Below, in pieces: positions 7,910 to 16,875 of a DNA stretch of 26,843 nucleotides. The stretch is from Promethearchaeota archaeon (GTDB taxonomy: Archaea; Asgardarchaeota; Hermodarchaeia; Hermodarchaeales; Hermodarchaeaceae): NCBI GenBank assembly GCA_048939625.1, contig JBHLPH010000023.1, forward strand, positions 1 to 26,843. The letters run 5' to 3'. The first letter of the stretch is position 1. Every line of letters begins with the position of its first letter. The translations under genes were made by a program, and so were the position numbers. The notes beneath the pieces are model-generated. The model did not search any database. It was not told where the DNA came from and was given only the letters and a program-made list of their open reading frames with translations.

Positions 7910-10900
7910 ATGGTTAAGGTTCGAGACTTCACACCAGCTGATGCAGAAGGGCTAGCCAAGTGTATCAATGAAAGTGAGGGAGGCTGGCCAGGTGGTATCA
8001 CCGGAGGTCTTGACCATACTGCAGAGCATATCCTCGATGATTATGAAAAAGAGGTTAACATCACTTGGCTAATTGCTGTTACCGAAGACGACCAAGTTGC
8101 AGGCGTTTCGACATTACATCCCCACTTCGATGATCCTAAAGCGGCGTATCTCGGTTTCTTAAATGTGGGCGATGCTCATAGAAAGAAAGGATTTGGCAAA
8201 GCCCTCTTGGTTGAGTCTGTAAACCGAGTTACCGCTGAAGGCTATAAACGCCTATTTCTACATACCTGGGGAGGAAACCTCAATGCGGTTCCTGTCTATA
8301 AGCGGACAGGATTCTTCTGGCGCCCGGATACGCAAGTGCTAATGGAAAATTACATCCCATCCATTCTGAAACTACCTATTGCCCAATCCTTCTTCAAACA
8401 CTACAATTGGTATGATACCTACATACGCCAAATCGAACTCAAACCCGATGAGATGAAACATCGAGAACTCAATGTGTATGAATATCGATGGAAAAAAGAG
8501 AATGAATTTCTACGAGTTGTAATCGATCGGGAAAGTCGGGGTCCTACACTAATAGAGAATAACGAATTAGTTGTTGAGTGTTGGATTGAAGAAGCTGAGC
8601 CTTCACTTGGTCTTCCAATACCAATTGCTTGGATGATTGAGAATAGGAACCCAGACACTCCCCTCAAAGGGACACTTACAGTGAAATTACCTAAAGGTTT
8701 CCAGTTAATCGAAGCTCCAGCGTCCAAAATCACCGTTCCTCCAAAGAAGGCGATAACTCTTAATGGGACAATACAAGGGCGAGTCGATATTGTACCGCCT
8801 CCCGATGATAAACCTGCTCTCACCGTTACATCCCAGATTAGGCTGGGGAATACACCAATTCACCTCCAAACAGGAATTCGCGCTAAGCACCCGATTCAAG
8901 TATCGACTGTTCCACCTTCAATCTGGTGTCGCCCAGGGAATAAGATTTCAATCGTCATTTCATTGAAAAGCAACTTGAAAGAAACAGCCCATGGACGCGT
9001 TTTCATTAAAGCTCCTGAAGGTCTGCGTCTCTCTCAAAATGAATTTAGTGTAAGTCTCAAACCAGAGCACTACGCGGGAGTTGAAGTAAATGCAACTGTG
9101 GATCAGGCAATCGGAACACAAGCTTTACCCTTGAACATTCATGCGAATCTTGAAGTCAAGGGGCATTCACTGAAAACGAGAAACGAGACAAAATACATTC
9201 ACTGCTTAGACCAAGGAGGAGTGCTGGTTACCCCCTACAAGGATAATCAACGACTTCAAGTCCAAACTGAAACCTTGCATTTCAGCATTAATCTAGCTAA
9301 AGGAGCTCATATTGACAATCTTGCTAATCGCCTCACCGGACGGATAAATATAAGATCTCATGCCCGGGAGAGCTTAGGTCCTCCGTTTTGGCCATCCGAG
9401 CAGATGCGCACACACTTCAAACATCGTATCAAACAGTCAAAGGATGGAACAACCCGTATCAAGACGTGGATGACCAGTACTCGTTATTCAGGGCTGGTTT
9501 TCTCCAAAACCTTCCTAGTGTCCGGTAATTCATCGGTGTTAGGCATCCAATATGGTTTTGAAAATACCGACCTGAAGCGTATTCACAAGGTAAAAATCCA
9601 ACAGGGAAGCTTCGTCGGAGTCTGGGACCATCTTCATGTGCTCCCATTGAAAGATGGGTTGCTCCGAGAGGAATTCATTGAAGATGAATTCTTTGCATCA
9701 AATCGTGAAATTCCAAAGAAGGGTGAAGAATGGGCAGAAACGTGGTACTGCCAAGAATTACCCCATAAGGGTGAAGTCATAGCAGTTTTGGTTCCTCCAT
9801 CGCTTGTTTCTGAAGCAAAAGGTTTCGCGTTCATAGACTTCCAACTTAAGGTCCCTCCACTTGCTCCCAAGACGAAAATTGTCTTGCCTCCCATTTATTT
9901 GGTTACGGGAATGGGTTCATGGCGACACATTCGACGCCTTTGGCACTACTACTACTCAGAAGAACCCGAGAAAGCATTACAAAAAGAGCTGGAACCGTAT
10001 CGAGCCATTGATATCCGAACCAAAGACTATCCCTTACTCCATGAAGCTAAATCCGAGTTATCGATTCCATTACAGATTCGGCACCTTGTCCATCGTCCAC
10101 TCCTAGGAACCCTATGCTTTTCGGTACCAAAAGGGTGGCAAATAACTCCCAGGAGTTTGAAATTCAAAGACCTCAAACGGGGAAACCCCCTGTCTCTTTC
10201 AATCCAGCTACGAGCAACGAAAAAAACACTGACTGAACCTCAAGTTCTCCCCCTTACAGCTCATGTTAAAACAAAACTGCAAACCAGGACCTTCAAGATT
10301 CCCATAATCTTGCATCGAAAGTCAGGTAAAGTAACCATTACTCAAGAAACAGAACACGACCATCAAATCTACATGATAGATAATGGAAAATTCATCCTCA
10401 AAGTTGCACCAAGATTTGCAGGTAGTGTGATTGCTTGGGTAAACAAGGAAACAGGAACAAATTACCTGGAATCAAATTTCCCCACGGCAGGGCCAAGAGT
10501 TTGGTTTAATCCATGGTATGGTGGAATCCGCTTTGACCCCTTTGCAGCGGATCAACCTGGATGGTTTCAAACAAAACTCGATCGAGAACGCTGGACACTC
10601 AGTGAAATTCGTCGCCATGACTGGCATGGTATAGCCTTGAATGTGCGTCCGGACAAAGAAGAGAAAAAATTACGGGATTTAGAATTACAACTCCAGATTT
10701 TAACACAACCCCACAGTAACCTCGTCGCTTGTATTGGACAGGTTATCAATCAGACCCGTGCCCCCCGACAAATCAAACACCGCTATCAGATCGCCATCCC
10801 ATCAAATAAGACCACTCCAAACCTCAGAACGGTTATCCCTCGAGCAACCACTGAATATCGTCGAAACCGCGTGAACACCCATGCATGGCCAACAACAACG

Positions 10901-11143
10901 AAACCCTATCTCGGTATAGAAAATGGACCTGATGATGCGACACTAGTGTTCGTACAAAAACTGAATCCAACCACAGAGATGTTTCTAGCGGACCTGAATC
11001 CGGAAATCATTTTATTTCAAACCGAAGAATTAATCGATATTGCACCAAAGGAAACCGTTGAACGAATTGGGTATCTTGTCGCAACTCAATTGCCCTGGGA
11101 GCAGGCTAAAGCCTATGCAGCACTTTCTAAGCTTCAAATTTGA
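7910..11143 (+). CDS. Large GNAT-family N-acetyltransferase with extended C-terminal beta-rich domains
   Basis: N-terminal GNAT with motif A 'LNVGDAHRKKGFGKALL' and 'LHTWGGNLNAVPVYKRTGF', followed by ~900 aa of beta-sandwich-like sequence. RBS GAGGTG. Confidence 0.8.
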   Translation: MVKVRDFTPADAEGLAKCINESEGGWPGGITGGLDHTAEHILDDYEKEVNITWLIAVTEDDQVAGVSTLHPHFDDPKAAYLGFLNVGDAHRKKGFGKALLVESVNRVTAEGYKRLFLHTWGGNLNAVPVYKRTGFFWRPDTQVLMENYIPSILKLPIAQSFFKHYNWYDTYIRQIELKPDEMKHRELNVYEYRWKKENEFLRVVIDRESRGPTLIENNELVVECWIEEAEPSLGLPIPIAWMIENRNPDTPLKGTLTVKLPKGFQLIEAPASKITVPPKKAITLNGTIQGRVDIVPPPDDKPALTVTSQIRLGNTPIHLQTGIRAKHPIQVSTVPPSIWCRPGNKISIVISLKSNLKETAHGRVFIKAPEGLRLSQNEFSVSLKPEHYAGVEVNATVDQAIGTQALPLNIHANLEVKGHSLKTRNETKYIHCLDQGGVLVTPYKDNQRLQVQTETLHFSINLAKGAHIDNLANRLTGRINIRSHARESLGPPFWPSEQMRTHFKHRIKQSKDGTTRIKTWMTSTRYSGLVFSKTFLVSGNSSVLGIQYGFENTDLKRIHKVKIQQGSFVGVWDHLHVLPLKDGLLREEFIEDEFFASNREIPKKGEEWAETWYCQELPHKGEVIAVLVPPSLVSEAKGFAFIDFQLKVPPLAPKTKIVLPPIYLVTGMGSWRHIRRLWHYYYSEEPEKALQKELEPYRAIDIRTKDYPLLHEAKSELSIPLQIRHLVHRPLLGTLCFSVPKGWQITPRSLKFKDLKRGNPLSLSIQLRATKKTLTEPQVLPLTAHVKTKLQTRTFKIPIILHRKSGKVTITQETEHDHQIYMIDNGKFILKVAPRFAGSVIAWVNKETGTNYLESNFPTAGPRVWFNPWYGGIRFDPFAADQPGWFQTKLDRERWTLSEIRRHDWHGIALNVRPDKEEKKLRDLELQLQILTQPHSNLVACIGQVINQTRAPRQIKHRYQIAIPSNKTTPNLRTVIPRATTEYRRNRVNTHAWPTTTKPYLGIENGPDDATLVFVQKLNPTTEMFLADLNPEIILFQTEELIDIAPKETVERIGYLVATQLPWEQAKAYAALSKLQI

Positions 11144-11158
11144 CTTTAGATCAAGCTT

Positions 11159-12034
11159 CTACTCCGATTTCATCTGCTTTTGTGAATAGAAGTTATACCA
11201 CCTTTCAATAGTAAGTCCCATGCGCCTTTCTGCTTTCAGATCATAGGGAGGTTTTGGCCCTTGACCTTTTGCTTGTTGCACTTCGCGGAGCGTCCGCCCT
11301 TTAGAGAGTTGTTTCTGTATCCATGTTTCAAGTTCACGAAAATAAGCAAGTTGCTTTTGGATTTCTTCTTTATCACAAAGAGGGCCATGACCTGGAACAA
11401 TCGTCTCAACCGGCATTTTAAGAATTGCTTCGAAGGCGTTCATCCATTCAATTGGATTGTTTGTCTGGTCACCAGCGTAGGGATATTCTTGACAAAAAAC
11501 AAGATCCCCAGCAAAAAGGACTCGTTCTGGAATGCAGAAGACTGTTGAATGCCCTGCTGTGTGACCCCCGGTATGACGAAGCTCAATCTCATTGTCATCT
11601 CCCAGATAATAAGAATCGGTAAAGGTGTGAGTGGGTGTAATGATGCGGATATTTTCAAGTTGTTGGCTGAATTCAGGTTCGGTCTTTGCGTAGAATTGTC
11701 GCATTTCCTCCATACCCTTAGGAGACCAATTACCTTTGAGAAGGTCAGGATATAATTCGACCATCCGCGATGAAGCTATAAGCGGGTAATGTTGAAATTC
11801 TTGCGCCCCAAAGACATGATCGGAATGATAGTGGGTGAGAATAACATGGGTGATGGGAGAGCCTATGTGTTGCAGGATATGGTCATGAAATTCTTTAGCA
11901 ATCTTAGGTGTCATCCCCGTGTCAATCACTACAAGATGATTGGGGATATGAATACATCCTACATTCCCATAGGTTGAACCATCAACAATAGCCCAAGTAG
12001 ACTTACTGACTTGCTTAAGTTGCACAGGTGACAT
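11159..12034 (-). CDS. MBL-fold metallo-hydrolase (cyclase/glyoxalase II-like)
   Basis: VIDTG, THYHSDH, GHTAGH, LFAGDL and VPGHG motifs. Confidence 0.9.
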   Translation of the reverse strand: MSPVQLKQVSKSTWAIVDGSTYGNVGCIHIPNHLVVIDTGMTPKIAKEFHDHILQHIGSPITHVILTHYHSDHVFGAQEFQHYPLIASSRMVELYPDLLKGNWSPKGMEEMRQFYAKTEPEFSQQLENIRIITPTHTFTDSYYLGDDNEIELRHTGGHTAGHSTVFCIPERVLFAGDLVFCQEYPYAGDQTNNPIEWMNAFEAILKMPVETIVPGHGPLCDKEEIQKQLAYFRELETWIQKQLSKGRTLREVQQAKGQGPKPPYDLKAERRMGLTIERWYNFYSQKQMKSE

Positions 12035-12162
12035 CTCCGTTTAGGGGAATGCCCTTATATTGAATATAGTTATTTTTACGTGTTCATCTTTCGTAAGAAG
12101 GAAAGACGTTAAGAGGGATTACTCGTCCTTATGGACATAATGTTTTACCAGAGGTGCATCCA

Positions 12163-12603
12163 ATGTCCAAGTTTCCACAAAAACGTCAACTCTTTAAGTT
12201 ACAGATAATGGATTTACTCCTTCAATTGCCAGTTTCGGCAGGTGTTGCTGACGAGGTTGCCAGCGCAGTATTGAAGAAGTCCACACAGGAAACCCCTCGT
12301 GAAACCATTCGCGCTATGATACTGGATAATCTCCGCACCCATGACGTGAAAGCGGCGGAAAAACTCGAGCAGCGCTTTGAATTCGTTCAGGAAAGATTAA
12401 CCACGGTTCAGCGCGAATCTGTTGGACCTGGAGAAGAAATCTATGATGAGAAAGCCCTAGATGAGTTACTTGAAGCAGATGAGATAACAGCAGCAGAGCT
12501 CTATTTCATGGAAGGCTATGAAGGTCATGCCTGGCAACGCAAAATCGACCATTTCGATACGGTATCGACCGAGTTAGCCCGAGATGACCGATATGAAGAC
12601 TGA
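12163..12603 (+). CDS. Hypothetical protein: degenerate ATP-cone-like N-terminus plus acidic C-terminal motif
   Basis: GAGGTG RBS at 12151 before ATG 12163. 'SAGVADEVASAV...TPRETIRAMILDNLRTHDVKAAEK' resembles ATP-cone helices by eye. C-terminal motif is 'EIYDEKALDELLEADEITAAELYFMEGYE'. Confidence 0.6.
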   Translation: MSKFPQKRQLFKLQIMDLLLQLPVSAGVADEVASAVLKKSTQETPRETIRAMILDNLRTHDVKAAEKLEQRFEFVQERLTTVQRESVGPGEEIYDEKALDELLEADEITAAELYFMEGYEGHAWQRKIDHFDTVSTELARDDRYED

Positions 12604-13021
12604 GATGCCTCCTTCAAATGACCAACCCTTTGAAACAATCGTGTTACCTGAAGATATTTCGCAATCCAAGCTTCGAATCGCGATTACAGTCATTGTATCG
12701 ATCTTCATCATCATCCTTGTAATAATCGACCAGTTCCTTGGACTATGGCCTTTGGGAGTATATTGGATCCTTTTTTCCATGGGATTAATTATCTGTTGCA
12801 TAGTAATCTTGGTGCTTTTGAGATGGAATGAGGGGCATCGAAGAGAAGGCGAGGAAACTTTTCTTGAAAAGTGGGGTGACGAGATTGGCTGGCCATTAAT
12901 GATCCTTACTTTTACGATTCAATTCCTCATTCCCCAAGTACGCCCTATCCTCCTTGGTGCAATCCTTGGTGGAAGTTGGCTGCTTGCCATTTGGAATAGG
13001 AAGAAGAAGCAACAAAAATGA
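12593..13021 (+). CDS. Hypothetical membrane protein (about 4 TM helices)
   Basis: Four hydrophobic stretches and a basic C-terminus. The start (ATG 12584 or 12593) overlaps the upstream stop, suggesting translational coupling. Confidence 0.65.
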   Translation: MKTEMPPSNDQPFETIVLPEDISQSKLRIAITVIVSIFIIILVIIDQFLGLWPLGVYWILFSMGLIICCIVILVLLRWNEGHRREGEETFLEKWGDEIGWPLMILTFTIQFLIPQVRPILLGAILGGSWLLAIWNRKKKQQK

Positions 13022-13026
13022 ACAGA

Positions 13027-13392
13027 TTAGTTCTCTTTGGTTATCGTTTCAATTATTTTGAATAGTTCCTTTGCACGTACGGGTTTCACTTGGAATACGG
13101 TAGCACCAGCTTCCATGGCTTCTGAGCGAACTGTTTCATCGGCGCTGACAAAGACAATTTTACTGTAAGCACTTATTTCTTGGATCATTTTGGTGGCACT
13201 AATTCCATCCATCCTAGGCATTCGATGATCCATGATGATAACATCTGGTTTGGGGTCCATTTTCAAAAATAGTTGGACTGCTTCATCTCCGTCGAAGGCG
13301 GAGCCGATGACTGTGTGACCCTTCATCGTGAAAAGAGCTTTGTAAATCTGATGAAGGTTCTCTTCGTCGTCAACGATGAAGATCGAAGCCAT
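13027..13392 (-). CDS. Single-domain response regulator (CheY-like receiver)
   Basis: IFIVDDE, phosphoacceptor 'IIMDHRMPRMDG', 'VFVSA' and 'KP'. Start is ATG 13392 (MASIF). Confidence 0.93.
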   Translation of the reverse strand: MASIFIVDDEENLHQIYKALFTMKGHTVIGSAFDGDEAVQLFLKMDPKPDVIIMDHRMPRMDGISATKMIQEISAYSKIVFVSADETVRSEAMEAGATVFQVKPVRAKELFKIIETITKEN

Positions 13393-13659
13393 GGAATTCA
13401 CTGTCCCTTTCACTTTGGGTTTTAATGGTGTACGATGTAGATTTCGCAGTATATCCCCGCTTGCGTTGTCCACTGATTGCAGAGGAAAATCTGGTTAATA
13501 GTGTTGTGTGTGTCATTGGTTCACAGAGTCTCAATTTCGGTTTTCTGCATAAACGCTATGATAGGATTATATCGCTAACTAGTTTTGAAACAACTTAGAG
13601 GTTTACTTATTGTTTTTATTTCGTTATGTTCAGAGTTGCATTTTTCGGAGGATTTACCA

Positions 13660-16128
13660 CTATGTTTGTTCTTCCGAGCTGACTAGAGGTTTGAATCGTT
13701 GTAAAAGCAGAGCATTGGTTACTACACTCACACTGGACAAGGCCATTGCTAGTGCCGCCCACTCTGGTCGGAGGTTAATTATCGGGAAAAGAATTCCTGC
13801 AGCGATAGGGAGAAGGAAAATGTTATAGATTAACGCCCAGAAAAACCCTTGTCGGATTTTTGATACTGTCTTTTTTCCTAGTTGTACTGCCGTGGCAACA
13901 TCTAGGAGATTATCGCGTACGAGAACGATATCGCCGGTTTCTACGGAAACATCAGTGCCAGATCCTAGAGCTATGCCTACATCAGCCTGGGCTAGCGCCG
14001 GAGCATCATTGATGCCATCGCCCGTCATGGCAACCGTATGTTGTTCTGATTGGAGGTCCTGTATTACTTGCGCTTTATCACCGGGAAGCACTTCCGCGAA
14101 GACCTTTGTGATACCTACTTCTTGCCCAATTGCTTCAGCGGTCCGTTGCTTGTCTCCGGTGAGCATCACAACTTCGATGTTCATTCGTTGTAATGCACTG
14201 ATAGCCTGAGCTGAATGTGGTTTGAGAGTGTCAGCAATGGCTACAAGGGCAAGGAGTTTCCCATCCTTTGCTGCAAAAATGGTGGTTTTGCCGTCTTTTT
14301 GCAGTTGGGCAATATGTGGTTCCAGTTCCCCAATATCGACCCCATTTGCTTCCATGTAAGTGTCATTGCCAACATCGATAGTAGATCCTGTAATTGAAGC
14401 TCTGATTCCTTTCCCCGTTACTGAATCAAAGTCATCGATTTCCAGGAATGAGATTTGATTGCTCTCAGCATATTGGACAATGGCTTGGGCAAGTGGATGC
14501 TCGCTGTATTTTTCAGCAGTTGCAATGAATGTAAGGGCTTCTTGAGAATCTATGTCACCTGCGGGAATAATATCGGTAACTGTGGGTTTACCTGTTGTGA
14601 GTGTTCCAGTTTTATCAAAAACCATAGTGTCGACCTGCGGGATAACTTCGAGCCCTTCTCCCGTTTTGATAAGGATACCGAGTTGAGCTCCACGTCCAAT
14701 CCCAACCATTAAGGCAGCAGGAGTTGCTAGGCCCAGGGCACAGGGACATGCTGCTACTAGCACAGCGATTGAAAATCCTAAGGCTGTAACCCAGCTAAGT
14801 CCAGGATACCAAGGTGTGAAAGTAATTAGAATCAGCCAGATACTGAACACAATCACGGATAATAAAATGATAAAAGGCACAAATTTCTCGGCGATGGCGT
14901 CAGCCTTCCGTTGGATAGGAGGTTTGTGTGTCTGGGCTTCTTCAACCATCCCGATAATCTGAGCCAGCACTGTATCGGAGCCTACTTTTGTTGCTTCGAT
15001 TATGAGAATTCCTGTTTCGTTTAATGTTCCTCCTACCACTTCATCATCAACTTTCTTACTTACAGGGAGGGATTCACCGGTAATCATAGCCTCATTCACC
15101 GATGATTGCCCCTCAATGACGTAGCCATCCACAGGAATTTGTGCCCCAGGACGAACAAGAAGACGATCTTCTACAACAACCTCTTCAATAGGAATTGTAA
15201 ATTCTTCACCGTCTCGAAGCACAATCGCGGTCTTTGGTTGCAAATCCATGAGCGCCCGAATTGCTTGTGAAGTTCGACCTTTGGCTATGGCTTCTAATGT
15301 TCGTCCGAGTAAAATGAAGGAGAGTAACATTGCAGCTGAGCCATAGAACACTTCCTGACTCGGGAGTAGGAATGTTGCTACGACTGAGTAAAAGTAAGCG
15401 ACGCTGGTTCCAAGCATAATGAGAGTATCCATATTCGTTTTACCATGTCTTGCAGCATTTAGTGCGGATTTGTAGAAGGGATACCCACTATAGAATTGAA
15501 CGGGGGTTGTGAGAATAAATAGAATAACTGGAGGGATGACGCCCAGGGGGAGCAAAGGAGCAATAAGATTTGGAAAGAACGAAATGAGGACAATGGGAAT
15601 AGTAAAAATCACTGCAAAGGCAAGGCGTAATGTATAATATCTAATTTCTTGTTTGCGTGACATTGCTTCCCGATCAATTCCAGCATCCATCTCTGCGACG
15701 ATATCGAAGCCAATTGTCTTCAACGTATTTCGAACAGATGTTAGATTAACTAAGAGTTCATCATATTCGATCACCAATTGCCCAGACATGACTCGATCAG
15801 TCACGGAGAGTACTCCAGTAATTGCTTCGACTGTTTTCTTAAGAAATGACCATTCGTCTGTTCGAGGTGTAGGTGACAAGGTAAGCGTCATTGATGCTCG
15901 TTTCGGTGTATAACCCGTTGATGATATCGCTGCTTCTAACTCTGCACGGGTAATCTGATCTGGAATGAAATCGATTGTTGCTTTTTCTTCTAGGAGGTTG
16001 ACGGAGGCCTTTGAAACACCTTCCTGTTGAAGTAACGCTTTTTCGATTGTTGAGACACACGCTGCACAATGCATTCCTTTGATACGCATTGAAATCCGCT
16101 GGGTTTCTGGTTTTTCATCAGTGTTCAT
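13660..16128 (-). CDS. copA: Cu(I)-translocating P1B-type ATPase CopA
   Basis: N-terminal HMA GMHCAAC, TGES, CPC, DKTGT, SEHP, GDGIND, plus YN and MALSS Cu(I) transmembrane ligands. The ORF-track start 16293 overlaps PadR; the real start is probably ATG 16128 (GGTGA RBS) or 16140. Confidence 0.95.
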   Translation of the reverse strand: MNTDEKPETQRISMRIKGMHCAACVSTIEKALLQQEGVSKASVNLLEEKATIDFIPDQITRAELEAAISSTGYTPKRASMTLTLSPTPRTDEWSFLKKTVEAITGVLSVTDRVMSGQLVIEYDELLVNLTSVRNTLKTIGFDIVAEMDAGIDREAMSRKQEIRYYTLRLAFAVIFTIPIVLISFFPNLIAPLLPLGVIPPVILFILTTPVQFYSGYPFYKSALNAARHGKTNMDTLIMLGTSVAYFYSVVATFLLPSQEVFYGSAAMLLSFILLGRTLEAIAKGRTSQAIRALMDLQPKTAIVLRDGEEFTIPIEEVVVEDRLLVRPGAQIPVDGYVIEGQSSVNEAMITGESLPVSKKVDDEVVGGTLNETGILIIEATKVGSDTVLAQIIGMVEEAQTHKPPIQRKADAIAEKFVPFIILLSVIVFSIWLILITFTPWYPGLSWVTALGFSIAVLVAACPCALGLATPAALMVGIGRGAQLGILIKTGEGLEVIPQVDTMVFDKTGTLTTGKPTVTDIIPAGDIDSQEALTFIATAEKYSEHPLAQAIVQYAESNQISFLEIDDFDSVTGKGIRASITGSTIDVGNDTYMEANGVDIGELEPHIAQLQKDGKTTIFAAKDGKLLALVAIADTLKPHSAQAISALQRMNIEVVMLTGDKQRTAEAIGQEVGITKVFAEVLPGDKAQVIQDLQSEQHTVAMTGDGINDAPALAQADVGIALGSGTDVSVETGDIVLVRDNLLDVATAVQLGKKTVSKIRQGFFWALIYNIFLLPIAAGILFPIINLRPEWAALAMALSSVSVVTNALLLQRFKPLVSSEEQT

Positions 16129-16147
16129 TTTCTTCACCATCCGATTC

Positions 16148-16609
16148 TCATGTGGAGTGTTCCACTTGTTCACGATATGCTGCCGCGCAATGAAGACAAC
16201 AAAAGGCGAGTTGTTTTCCATCGATTTCTTCGATATGTTCGCCTTCAAAGACTTTACACCCGCAGCTGGCGCATACGTGGAGATTCGATTCAAATGCCGC
16301 GGCGGTTATTACTGCGAAGCGTTCGAGAAGCTGCTTTACTTGGCGACGACCTTTTCGAGTGAGACAATATTCTCGCCGTGGTCGTTTACCTACTGGTTTA
16401 TTTTCTGAGGTAACGATTTGCTGCTGTTCAAGCTGTTGTAAGAATGGATAAAGTGTCCCTGCGCTGAGTGTCCGCCCTGTGCGGTTATGATATTTCCGCA
16501 TTATTCCGTATCCATGGGTTGTTCCTTCATGTAGGACAAGGAGGATGTATAATTTTGATAGATCATCCAGAACAGTATCAAGGGAGTGTTCACTCATGAG
16601 TTCCACCAT
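16148..16609 (-). CDS. PadR-family transcriptional regulator with C-terminal TRASH-like metal-binding domain
   Basis: PadR wHTH 'ILLVL...HGYGIM...[14 protein letters not shown]...RREYCLT.KG' and C-terminal CASCG...[13 protein letters not shown]. Alternative start is ATG 16597. Confidence 0.88.
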   Translation of the reverse strand: MVELMSEHSLDTVLDDLSKLYILLVLHEGTTHGYGIMRKYHNRTGRTLSAGTLYPFLQQLEQQQIVTSENKPVGKRPRREYCLTRKGRRQVKQLLERFAVITAAAFESNLHVCASCGCKVFEGEHIEEIDGKQLAFCCLHCAAAYREQVEHST

Positions 16610-16629
16610 TGTAATTTCTTACGGTTTGG

Positions 16630-16649
16630 ATATATCAAATCCGATATAT
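16630..16649. promoter_or_regulatory. Palindromic putative operator between the divergent padR-copA and YHS genes
   Basis: ATATATC-AAATCC-GATATAT, a perfect 7-bp inverted repeat. A second palindrome, TCGATATCGA, lies at 16681-16690. Confidence 0.5.
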
Positions 16650-16711
16650 TAATATAATGAAACCTCCACTCTCTCCGTTATCGATATCGAAATCAAAATG
16701 AGGTGAATATC

Positions 16712-16855
16712 ATGGCAATTGATCCTATTTGTAAAATGAAAGTCAATGAAAGAACCGCTAAATGGACCTCCAAATATAAGGGAAAAACATACTACTTCTG
16801 TGCTCCTGGTTGCAAAGCTGAATTTGATAAAAATCCAGAGAAGTATGTGTCTTAG
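16712..16855 (+). CDS. YHS/TRASH-domain metallochaperone (47 aa)
   Basis: Manual translation: [47 protein letters not shown], with the canonical DPxC.M...Y.G.TYYFC...C...F...P.KY pattern. RBS GAGGTGA. Divergent from padR-copA. Confidence 0.92.
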   Translation: MAIDPICKMKVNERTAKWTSKYKGKTYYFCAPGCKAEFDKNPEKYVS

Positions 16856-16875
16856 TCGGATGCCAAGTAGAAATC

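Noticed and set aside
12056-12068. TATATT-G-AATATA palindrome between the MBL and ATP-cone-like genes
   Set aside because: Short, AT-only arms, probably just overlapping TATA elements.
16141-16293. N-terminal extension of CopA given by the ORF track
   Set aside because: It overlaps the PadR-TRASH gene on the same strand in another frame, and better starts exist at 16128/16140.
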